Shown here: piece after piece, positions 1-8,027 of the stretch | Layout of the letters: every line of letters starts with the position of its first letter | Numbering within the stretch: position 1 is the first letter of the stretch | DNA from: Candidatus Saccharimonadota bacterium | GTDB lineage: Archaea > Micrarchaeota > Micrarchaeia > Micrarchaeales > Micrarchaeaceae | NCBI RefSeq assembly: GCF_002214165.1 | Contig: NZ_CP019964.1 | Span: 360,001 to 392,000 of the forward strand | Length of the DNA stretch: 32,000 bases | Reading direction: 5' to 3' | The notes under the pieces: model-generated | Told to the model about the DNA's origin: nothing | Database searches by the model: none | Seen by the model: only the letters and a program-made list of their open reading frames with translations | Program-made: the position numbers and the translations under genes

Positions 1-821
1 ACTCTTTGAATGTGGTAATGCTGGTTATAGGAATAATATCAACCATTATATTTGTGATTATAGATAGGAAAATAAAGATGCCGACAATAAATTTCAGCAT
101 GTTCAAGAACAAGATATTCAAGAATTCTCTGCTCGCATCATTATTCCAGGGCCTTGGGTTTATGGGAGTGACATTTCTTCTTATAATGTACCTGCAAGGG
201 GTGCGCGGATACTCGCCTCTATACGCCTCGCTTGTCCTGTTCCCGGGTTATGTTGTCAGTGGTGTACTCGCACCTTATATGGGAAAGTACTCGGACAAGT
301 TCGGTGCCAGAATTCTGTCAACAATAGGAATCATGTTTATGGTATTGGGTGTACTGTTCTACCTGCTGGTACTTGGTGTCACAACACCGATATACTACGT
401 TGTGATAGGCACTATAATAACAGGATTAGGAGGTGCCATGTTCTGGCCTGCAAATAACAGCGCGGTGATGGCAAATGTTTCCGGAGAGCTGAGAGGATCT
501 GCTTCTGGGACACTTAGGCTGTTCAGCAGCTTGGGTTTAATAGGCAGCTTTATAATAGCTTTTGTGGCAGCCGCATCAGCCGTTCCAAGGTATCTTGCGT
601 TTGAGATATTTGCAGGCACATCAAAGGTCATTGGAGGGATAGGCAAAGGCTTTGTTGCAGGAATGCATGTCGCATTCATAGCATTGATTGCAATGCTCAT
701 AATTGCAGGAATATTTTCTTTTGCAATAGGTAAAGAGAACAGGATGGAAAAGTTGCACCATCCAGGAGAGACAGGAACTTATGCAAAATCCAGAAATCTG
801 TCAGCAGAAACAGAGCGATAA
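1..821 (+). CDS. MFS-type transporter, C-terminal portion (5' end lies outside the window; EmrB/QacA-like drug:H+ antiporter type)
   Basis: ORF 6..821 stays open to the window edge. It is a run of hydrophobic helices with G/A/S-rich packing motifs (GLGGAMFWPANNSAVM, GTLRLFSSLGLIG) typical of the second half of 14-TMS MFS proteins. Confidence 0.8.
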   Translation, partial: SLNVVMLVIGIISTIIFVIIDRKIKMPTINFSMFKNKIFKNSLLASLFQGLGFMGVTFLLIMYLQGVRGYSPLYASLVLFPGYVVSGVLAPYMGKYSDKFGARILSTIGIMFMVLGVLFYLLVLGVTTPIYYVVIGTIITGLGGAMFWPANNSAVMANVSGELRGSASGTLRLFSSLGLIGSFIIAFVAAASAVPRYLAFEIFAGTSKVIGGIGKGFVAGMHVAFIALIAMLIIAGIFSFAIGKENRMEKLHHPGETGTYAKSRNLSAETER

Positions 822-1436
822 TCAAGACTTATCCGAAGCTGTTACGGAGTCCAAATAAATCTTCATAATGCCTACTGCTTCTTTTGGGCTTAGCACTTTG
901 CTTACAGTATCCTTTATGCTGTAATGGCTATTGGAATAAGCTAAAAGCATGACGCCATTCCCATTGTAAAATTTGCCATTCAAGGGCATATACTGCTTTG
1001 ATTTTAGGTACTTAATAATCTTATACTTCCTGGCACTTCCTCTGAGATCTTTAGTAATATAAGATATCGCAAAGAACATTGCGGAGCTTTCAATTAAATT
1101 GTCAAGCAGATCGGATAATCTCTCAGAATTTAACCCGCTTCCCAGCCCTTTCTTTATCTCTTTCAAATAACTCTTATAAAACCCAATCAAAAAGTACTGT
1201 ACCTGATGAAAATAGCCATGTGCCAGAAGAGCTCTGTAACTTATCCTGTTTCTGCCTTTTAAATAAGAGGGATTTATCGTAACATATCCTGTAGATCCGT
1301 CATTGGAAGATACCTCCGCATCATCAATCTCATTGGAAATACGTGCTTTTGGCAAAGGCAGTTCTACATTGATTAGTGAATGGAAGAACTTGTCAATGTT
1401 TAAAATCTCCTTGTCCAGCAACGAGTCGTTTATCAT
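822..1436 (-). CDS. Hypothetical protein; degenerate member (HGYFH) of the HExxH...E family seen three times in this window
   Basis: 204-aa ORF. LLAHGYFHQVQ aligns with LHEILHAKI (3434..4294) and MHEGFHAVQ (21457..22458). The downstream LIESSAMFF aligns with LINEAMVYF and FMEGSARFV. Its stop codon abuts the stop of the convergent MFS ORF (821/822). Confidence 0.6.
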   Translation of the reverse strand: MINDSLLDKEILNIDKFFHSLINVELPLPKARISNEIDDAEVSSNDGSTGYVTINPSYLKGRNRISYRALLAHGYFHQVQYFLIGFYKSYLKEIKKGLGSGLNSERLSDLLDNLIESSAMFFAISYITKDLRGSARKYKIIKYLKSKQYMPLNGKFYNGNGVMLLAYSNSHYSIKDTVSKVLSPKEAVGIMKIYLDSVTASDKS

Positions 1437-1530
1437 TTAGTCTAACCCTAATAAAGCGTTTAATCATAAATGCAAATAAAAGCTTAAAAATCCTTATCCA
1501 AATTGAAGGTTTTTGACTTTATCTAAAGTA

Positions 1531-1566
1531 ACGTAAAACCCACACGCTTAGCGGTGGGATATAAGC
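1531..1566 (+). repeat. Solo IS200/IS605-type left-end-like hairpin (cccacacgc-tta-gcggtggg) with conserved flanks
   Basis: acgtaaaacccacacgcttagcggtgggatataagccacc is nearly identical to the sequence upstream of tnpB at 24021-24058 (gcgtaaaacccacacgcttcagcggtgggatataccaccac). No tnpB follows it. Confidence 0.7.
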
Positions 1567-1746
1567 CACCGAAATGCAAGTAAATATTAAGGTAAAATTA
1601 ACTGGTTTGCTATTAAAACCGCATACAGGTACCATGCATACCCAAAGAAGCGGCAAAACCCAATCCGACCAATTACGGCCAACACAGTGTCCCAGAAATT
1701 CATTCATGGTATGGTATCACAAAATAAATTAACACCATAAATAGAG

Positions 1747-3201
1747 TCAATCTACCTCCTTGTTTGGCTTCATAAATAAAGTTAATATTATACCAATTAT
1801 GGAAAATACAAGCCCTATGTAATATATGTAATTGAATGCAGTTGCAGATGGAAAGTGCCTAATCACAGTCGGAGCAACTTTAACAGAGATAAAATATATA
1901 GTTTCAATTACACCTCCAATTGCTGGTGCTATTGCCATACCAATATTTCTGAATACATCATTTACTCCTGAAGCTTCCCCTGCATTTTCCTTTGGGACTG
2001 AGTTAAGCAGCTTGTTTATGACGCCTACAAGCATGAATGACATGCTTGAACCAAAAACTGCAGATCCTATTATTATACCAGTTACGGTATAACGATAATC
2101 AATAAGCAATATGAAGGAAACTAAGGCTATTCCAAAACCAATTAATATAGATTCTTCTGCACTTTTCCTTTTTATGACCGTTGCAGCTATAGGTGCAAAT
2201 ATTATGTTTAATAATGCTAGGGGCAACTCAATTATGCCCGATTCAAATATTGTTTTACCTAAGCCTGAAGGAGAGGGGTCCTGTAAAAATGTAGGTACTG
2301 TAAAGAATAAAATATACATCAATGCCATTACAAATAATCCAACAATATTGCTCAGCAGAACGTTCCTTGTTTTAAGGAGTTTAATATTTATGAAGGGATT
2401 TGTAAAGTTCATTTCATATCTTACAAAATATATAAGAGATATAAAGGATATTGCCAAAGTAAATAGCATATAAAGTTTTGTATAACCAACTATACCACCT
2501 TCTGATATGTAAAATATGATAGAAAAAAGGCTTATACCAAGTGCTGAAGCCCCTATATAATCGACTTTGCCTTTTTGTTTAAGTGCTAAATTTCCTGGAT
2601 AAATCTTATCTTTTAGGAATGCATAAGTTAATATTACAAGTACAAATGCTGCAGGTATTGTAGAATAATATGACCATTGCCATCTATACGACTGTGTTAT
2701 CAATGTACCAAGAACTAGTCCAAGCCCTGCCCCTATGGTTAATGTGGCCCCCATTATTCCTTGAGCTAATGGTAACTTATCCTTATCAACAAAATCGTTT
2801 ATAACAGCGAAAGCCAATGGGAACATACCTGTACCAATACCCTGTATAGCCCTTATTATTATCAGTTCATCAAGTGTTCTCGCAAACCCTCCCATAGATA
2901 CAGCCAAAGCATAAAAAAGTGCAAGAGCTAAAAACACTTTTCTTTTTCCATAATTGTCCGCAATCTTACCCGATAATGCAGCAGATATAGTACTACTTAT
3001 TATATAAGCTATTAATATCCAGGATACTGAGTCATAGGATACATTAAAAAATTTTACTAATATTGGAATTTCAAGAACTATTGTAGTTTCTACATAACTG
3101 ATAAGTATGCCTGCAAACGCCATAATTGCAATTATCAGATAAATATTCTTTTTACTTAAATATTCTACCTTATTTTTATCATTAATAGGTTTGTCCTGCA
3201 T
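1747..3201 (-). CDS. MFS transporter, 14-TMS drug:H+ antiporter (EmrB/QacA-like)
   Basis: 484 aa and hydrophobic throughout. It has the MFS motif-A-like GKIADNYGKRKVF after TM2, and its length and topology fit the DHA2 type. Confidence 0.9.
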   Translation of the reverse strand: MQDKPINDKNKVEYLSKKNIYLIIAIMAFAGILISYVETTIVLEIPILVKFFNVSYDSVSWILIAYIISSTISAALSGKIADNYGKRKVFLALALFYALAVSMGGFARTLDELIIIRAIQGIGTGMFPLAFAVINDFVDKDKLPLAQGIMGATLTIGAGLGLVLGTLITQSYRWQWSYYSTIPAAFVLVILTYAFLKDKIYPGNLALKQKGKVDYIGASALGISLFSIIFYISEGGIVGYTKLYMLFTLAISFISLIYFVRYEMNFTNPFINIKLLKTRNVLLSNIVGLFVMALMYILFFTVPTFLQDPSPSGLGKTIFESGIIELPLALLNIIFAPIAATVIKRKSAEESILIGFGIALVSFILLIDYRYTVTGIIIGSAVFGSSMSFMLVGVINKLLNSVPKENAGEASGVNDVFRNIGMAIAPAIGGVIETIYFISVKVAPTVIRHFPSATAFNYIYYIGLVFSIIGIILTLFMKPNKEVD

Positions 3202-3433
3202 AAGCTTTTTCCCTTTTGTTAATATTCACAAATCCAAAACTCTTTTAACCAAGTAAGTAAGAACTCTTCCTAAGCAATTAGATGAAAACGGACAACCATT
3301 TTACAATTTATAAAAAATATCTAGATAAATGTAAAGCATATTCAAATTTTATTTTCTTATACCCAAATTTATTTTATGGCAATTCAAAACTTGTTTAGTA
3401 ACTTATCTTTTTATTTTTTAATACTAACAGTTT

Positions 3434-4294
3434 TTAACTTTTCATGTACTTGTCAGATATATCGAAAAGCTGGTCTAGTGACATAATGCCGCTTACCGTA
3501 TTCAGGAAATCATCCAAGCCCCCATTAAATCTGTCATATATATTGTAGACAAGCTTTTCCGTTTTAATAATGTCCGCAAGCTCTTCTCCAAACATAAGAT
3601 CTTCATGGTCCGATTGTGAGCTAAGAACAGAAACCTTTCTATATGAAAAAGCTAGCTCTTTTTTAAAATCTTCGTATTTGATTATTCTTGAAAAATCAGG
3701 CAATTTATGGGCAGGACCAGAACATTTTAACAAATCCTGGTTAGATGTAAGTTTTTTTGCTATTAAGTAAGATATGAAATACACCATCGCTTCGTTTATT
3801 AAATAGCTTTCATCATATCCAATCGGGTAAGGAGCTTCTTTGCCTTTGTTCAATTCGTTGATCTTTGCATGTAAAATTTCATGCAATGCTGTCAAAAACA
3901 AATCAAACCCAAATTTGGTCCTTTGGTTCTTGTTTTTCAAATCAATTACATCGTTTTTTTCATCCCCTAAATAAATCGTCAAATTTCCATTCTCTTTTCC
4001 AGGTACCCCAAGCGTATAATTCACTACATCCTTGTTGTCATTTAATTTTCTTAAGTAACCTTTTTCATTTGTAAAAGACCCTCCAAGTAACGTGTCTTCC
4101 TTTTTCATATGAACCTCTACGTTGTATGAATTATCTAATGTAAGGAAAGGAAAATTCTCGTAAGCAAATCTAACTGTCGCATCAACAAATTTCTTTACAA
4201 AATCAGACTGATTTTTATTATTAATATCCAAGATTATAGCATCTGTAGCTTTCAGAATTTCCTTGAATCCAGCCTTGCTTTTATATGCCATCAT
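3434..4294 (-). CDS. Predicted zinc metallopeptidase-like protein (HEILH plus a Glu 26 residues downstream; gluzincin / Peptidase_MA-like)
   Basis: 286-aa ORF. HEILH is encoded at 3869-3883 (checked codon by codon). The downstream LINEAMVYF resembles the WLNEGFA/NExxSD third-ligand segment of MA-clan peptidases. AT-rich. Confidence 0.65.
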   Translation of the reverse strand: MMAYKSKAGFKEILKATDAIILDINNKNQSDFVKKFVDATVRFAYENFPFLTLDNSYNVEVHMKKEDTLLGGSFTNEKGYLRKLNDNKDVVNYTLGVPGKENGNLTIYLGDEKNDVIDLKNKNQRTKFGFDLFLTALHEILHAKINELNKGKEAPYPIGYDESYLINEAMVYFISYLIAKKLTSNQDLLKCSGPAHKLPDFSRIIKYEDFKKELAFSYRKVSVLSSQSDHEDLMFGEELADIIKTEKLVYNIYDRFNGGLDDFLNTVSGIMSLDQLFDISDKYMKS

Positions 4295-4495
4295 ACAATT
4301 ACTATTAAATTTTATAAGTAAATAGGTATTTAATCATTCTTTTAGATTTCCATCCAATTACCGTAATTATCCCCTATCCTGCACCAAAAATCAAATTATC
4401 ATATCTTAATAAGGATAAACGACGTAGTCCATGCTTTACTATATTTAAGCATGAATTGTATAAAACAAATAAAAATCAATCTATTGTAAAGATAT

Positions 4496-5662
4496 GTGGT
4501 GATAAAGTTGGAGAGCCCAAGTAATAGCACAGAGAACAAGCTTAGCTTGATAAAAAGAAGTCCCACAGAGGAGATATTGACTGAAGAGAGGCTCGTTGAA
4601 TATTTAAACGCAGGTACCAAGCTCAACCATTATATAGGATTTGAGATTTCGGGAATGGTCCATCTTGGAACTGGATTAGTCGGAATGCAGAAAGTGACTG
4701 ATTTGCAGGAAGCTGGTGTTAATACAAGCCTATTCCTTGCTGACTACCATACATCAATAAATAACAAATTAGGAGGAGATTTGGATAATATAAGAAAAAT
4801 TGCTTTGGGGTATTTCAAGGAAGCGCTTCAGCAGTCAATAAAGTGCGTAGGAGGGGACCCGGATAAAACAAAGGTTGTACTGGCATCGGATTTCTATGAA
4901 AAAGAGGGCATAGAGTATCTGGAAAATGTTCTTAAGGTTGCAAAGGGAATGAGTTTAGGCCGTGCAAAGAGGAGCGTAACGGTTCTCGGAAGGAAAAGCG
5001 GCGATGATATAAGCCTTGCACAGCTGGTCTATGTGCCAATGCAGGTAGCTGATATATATGGCCAGAAAGTGAATCTCGCGCATGCCGGTATGGACCAGCG
5101 CAAAGCCCATGTTGTTGCACTTGACACATCAAAGAACTTCAGTTATACCCCCGTTGCTCTGCACCACCATCTCCTTATGGGGATAAATATAACCGAGGAG
5201 CAGAGGAAATTGGTCATAGAAGCAAGAGCTAACAAGGATAGGGAGCAATTTGAAAATTCGATAGTTGACATAAAGATGTCAAAATCAAAGCCTTACAGTG
5301 CGATCTTCGTACACGACAGTGAGGAGGAGATACGCGCGAAGATAAGCAAAGCCTTGTGCCCACCCAAAGAGACAGATGTCAATCCTATAATAGATATGAT
5401 CAAGTATATCATAGCACCGACATTCTTAAGGAAAGGCGAAAACATGAGGATTGAAAATGCCAAAACTGGGTCAGCAGTGGAATTCGGCAGCATGAAAGAG
5501 CTTGAAGAGGCATATGTCAAAGGAGGAATACATCCATTGGACCTGAAGAATATGGTAGCTGAAAGCCTTATATCAATATTGGAGCCAGCGAGAAGGCACT
5601 TCTCTTCAGGTGAAGGGTTAAGGCACTTGAATGAGCTAAAGGAGCTTATGATAACAAGGTAA
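4496..5662 (+). CDS. tyrS: Tyrosine--tRNA ligase (archaeal type)
   Basis: The protein is collinear with M. jannaschii TyrRS as I recall it: IKRSPTEEILTEERL, HYIGFEISGMVHLG (HIGH region), LADYH, KMSKSKP (KMSKS), EEEIRAKI, NPI, HPLDLKN, ILEP. The GTG at 4496 gives about 15 extra N-terminal residues, so the real start may be a downstream TTG/GTG. Confidence 0.9.
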   Translation: MVIKLESPSNSTENKLSLIKRSPTEEILTEERLVEYLNAGTKLNHYIGFEISGMVHLGTGLVGMQKVTDLQEAGVNTSLFLADYHTSINNKLGGDLDNIRKIALGYFKEALQQSIKCVGGDPDKTKVVLASDFYEKEGIEYLENVLKVAKGMSLGRAKRSVTVLGRKSGDDISLAQLVYVPMQVADIYGQKVNLAHAGMDQRKAHVVALDTSKNFSYTPVALHHHLLMGINITEEQRKLVIEARANKDREQFENSIVDIKMSKSKPYSAIFVHDSEEEIRAKISKALCPPKETDVNPIIDMIKYIIAPTFLRKGENMRIENAKTGSAVEFGSMKELEEAYVKGGIHPLDLKNMVAESLISILEPARRHFSSGEGLRHLNELKELMITR

Positions 5663-5665
5663 CCC

Positions 5666-5686
5666 TTTATTTGCCTTTTATTTTTA
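5666..5686 (+). terminator. Oligo-T tract downstream of tyrS (archaeal-type terminator candidate)
   Basis: ctttatttgccttttattttt begins 4 nt after the tyrS stop. Archaeal RNAP terminates at T-runs. Confidence 0.3.
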
Positions 5687-5744
5687 ACTAAATGAGTGGG
5701 AAGTCTCCCTTCGCAAGATCAGGGGATGAAAACGAACAAAAACA

Positions 5745-5948
5745 TTATTTATCCTTTCTTAACTTTGATTTCGGTCCTGGAACAGCAAATACCCCAGATT
5801 CAGATTCTGCTTCTATTTTTATAGCACTTTTGATCATTTTGATTTCTCTATTGTTATTTAAGATTCTGTTTATAATCTCTGATGCAGTAACTCCATTTCC
5901 TAAAGCTATAACTTTCACCGCTTCTTGTTGATTCCATAATACCACCAA
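5745..5948 (-). CDS. Small hypothetical protein, possibly ribbon-helix-helix-like
   Basis: 67-aa ORF with a TTG or GTG start. LWNQQEAVKVIALGNGVTASEIINRIL resembles the helix-turn-helix part of CopG/RHH proteins. It lies directly downstream of the integrase relic. Weak call. Confidence 0.3.
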   Translation of the reverse strand: MVVLWNQQEAVKVIALGNGVTASEIINRILNNNREIKMIKSAIKIEAESESGVFAVPGPKSKLRKDK

Positions 5949-6219
5949 GTAAACATTGTTCTATTTATTTAAGCATTTATTTAGTTTTAAACTTAATCTA
6001 CAGCAAAATATTTTAGCTAAAACAATTTGAGGGGCTAATCTTTTTCTTTGGAAAGTCTAATAATACCATATATAGATCGCTCGTAAAGGTATGCTAGAAT
6101 TTGCCTACCTGTCTTTTATTTCCCCAAGGACCGCTTTCCCATACCCTGTCCAGAGGATAATTATAATCTATTGGTGTGTCAAAAATCATAGATCCTGTTT
6201 CTAGCTATTTCAGGCATTT

Positions 6220-6982
6220 TTATACGATTTGCGCATTTCCCTTATCATGTCCAAAAGTAATCTCTTGTTTGTACTGTATCCCGCTTAGATATCGCCCATC
6301 TGCCCCGTTATGAACTGCCTCAAGGGTTACAGTATTAGGAATTTGCTCTCCACTATGTCAAGAGCCGTTTAGAAATATGCCCTTAAAACATACGGTTGCA
6401 TTTTCATTCCTACCTTGTATTTGTATACCTCACATCCCTTGTAATGAGCGTTGTCCTTAGAAAGGTATTCTTATTTATTGCTCGGACGTCAAACTGCAGT
6501 AACGGCGAATCATAGGTCAGCTCCTCTCCTTGCTTCCTTCTTTCTTCCAGACATTCTTTTATGCATATTGCTACTTCCCAACCAATGAACGAGAAATAGT
6601 GATGCCTAGCCTTGCTCAACTTGCTCTTAATTATTACAGTTATAGGAATCTTGCCGAATTGCATCTAGTCTAATAGTTTCAGCTCCTTTAAATCTCCCAA
6701 TTGCAATCAATCAGTGCCTTCATAATCACCAAGAGATTCCAGTATCAGTCCTGAAAAGAACATTAAGCTAAGATAACCATCCCTCGCGATGTTGCCTTTC
6801 TTAGTATTCTTGCCAATTCCTCCTTGCTCAGGACTCTTTCGTCGGAACTTGATTAATGTTTTTAAGTGAATATTGCTGTCAATCAACGGATATATAAATT
6901 CCACATAATGAAGCGAAAACTGAGTTTCAGGCGATAATTTTATATATATTATTATGCAATATAAAATTGTAAGGGTTCGCAA
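6220..6982 (-). pseudogene. Decayed tyrosine recombinase (XerC/D-like integrase)
   Basis: Minus-strand translation gives ARDGYLSLMFFSGLILESLGD, then TGA, then LQLGDLKELKLLD, then TAG, then ...ITVIIKSKLSKARHHYFSFIGWEVAICIKECLEERRKQG..YDSPLLQ. After a frameshift it continues HSGEQ..TLEAVHNGADGRYLSGIQYKQEITFGHDKGNAQIV-TAA. This matches the order tGlRisE / K-g-k-r / pLF / HxLR / NGADlr.iq.lLGH...tt.iY of integrases. The box-I Arg is Ile here and the Tyr position is a stop. Confidence 0.6.
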
Positions 6983-7071
6983 AACAAAGATATAAAAGAC
7001 ATAGTTACCGCCACAAATTATGTATTAGAAATGAACTCTTACAATAATCAAACAGGTGATAGTTTTTGAAT

Positions 7072-7311
7072 ATGAATCGTTTGGAATTTAATGTCTGTAA
7101 GAATTGTGGACATTCGGTGGTTAATTTCAATTCAAAATGGTTGCATCACATCTCAAGAAGTAAACTCTTGGGTTTCCCACACTGGCCTGCTGGACATGTA
7201 ATTACTTTGGATTGCAAGTGGAATGGATGTAAATGCAATATTCCTGAACCGGATCATACTAAGCCTTCGAAAACTAAGCTGGTATATCTAGGTAAAAGGA
7301 CAGACAGGTAA
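7072..7311 (+). CDS. Small Cys/His-rich protein (possible zinc ribbon)
   Basis: ORF 7066..7311 has a TTG at 7066 and a likelier ATG at 7072. It contains CKNCGH early and CKWNGCKC late, plus several His. No homology recognised. Confidence 0.4.
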   Translation: MNRLEFNVCKNCGHSVVNFNSKWLHHISRSKLLGFPHWPAGHVITLDCKWNGCKCNIPEPDHTKPSKTKLVYLGKRTDR

Positions 7312-7986
7312 GACATTTCATCCAGAAATTGGTCCTTATTTGGGGTGCCAATCTTTATTAATAATTTGCCAATCCAGAGAAGGCGAGGTACGAATTCAGG
7401 GGGAATACCAAAAGAACCAAATCTAATGCCACTGATAGGTAATGCAAAGATGTAGGGGAACTCGTTCATTTACCTGTATTAAATGTTTGTCAAAGAATTC
7501 AGCAATGGATACCACAAATATTAAATAAAAGCAGAATGTTTCCTAAATAAGCTTAGTGTTATTGTTCACCAATAATCTCAGAGTCGGTTTCTTACTATTG
7601 TACTGCTATCAAGGTATACGATTTTTCTGTCATTTCTATACTACTTGCCAGATCTGATACGCCGCCTTTGGATTTGATTGTTTCAAAATCTAAATTATCC
7701 TTCTTTATTTTGAATATTTTATTAAGTATTCACCCAAATTTAAATAAAGCTTATTTTCTTAGTTTCTTTTAGTATTGAAATTATACAATTACCACGCTGC
7801 AATTTAAGATTCTTGTGTTCTGTCCAAATCTATTTTTTTATCTAAAAATATATTTAATTTAACTTTATACATATTATTTAGATATCCATAAAGAAAACCT
7901 GTGTCTTTTTATTAGAAGAAAATTAAATTTATAATAAATTTATAGCCACAGTTGATTTTTGTTTAAAAGTAGTAAAATCCTAAAGA

Positions 7987-7996
7987 TTTAAATATT
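7987..7996 (+). promoter_or_regulatory. TATA-box candidate (tttaaatatt) for 8028..8618
   Basis: The motif ends 32 nt upstream of the ATG, and an SD-like aggtg sits at 8018-8022. The same motif recurs upstream of other AT-rich ORFs. Confidence 0.4.
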
Positions 7997-8027
7997 ATTT
8001 AAGCAATAAGTAAATATAGGTGTTTTA

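Noticed and set aside
1519-1707. 62-aa minus-strand ORF
   Set aside because: It overlaps the solo IS left-end hairpin and is Cys/Trp-rich with no start context. It is more likely a chance ORF in IS debris.
395-2473. Track ORFs antisense to the MFS genes (395..700, 1079..1282, 1832..2092, 2111..2473)
   Set aside because: They lie entirely inside longer ORFs with clear transporter or family features on the opposite strand. Their compositions are low-complexity mirror images, so they are shadow ORFs.
5692-5931. 79-aa plus-strand ORF downstream of tyrS
   Set aside because: It almost completely overlaps the opposite-strand 5745..5948 ORF, which looks more protein-like (RHH-type helix pattern). 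Neither is strongly supported, and I kept only the minus-strand one at low confidence.
6665-6709. In-frame TAG and TGA in the integrase reading frame (and TAG at 19137 in the hydrolase remnant) as possible pyrrolysine/selenocysteine recoding
   Set aside because: The same genes also carry frameshifts, lost catalytic residues and truncations. No SECIS- or PYLIS-like context or pyl/sel genes are visible. Pseudogenisation explains everything.
7254-7469. 71-aa minus-strand ORF overlapping the 3' end of 7066..7311
   Set aside because: It has no motif and no promoter- or SD-like context, and it overlaps another weak ORF. I cannot support it as a gene.
7470-8027. Long AT-rich spacer as a replication origin
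   Set aside because: I could not find repeated ORB/mini-ORB-like inverted elements or an adjacent cdc6/orc1 gene. Only trivial short A/T repeats are present.
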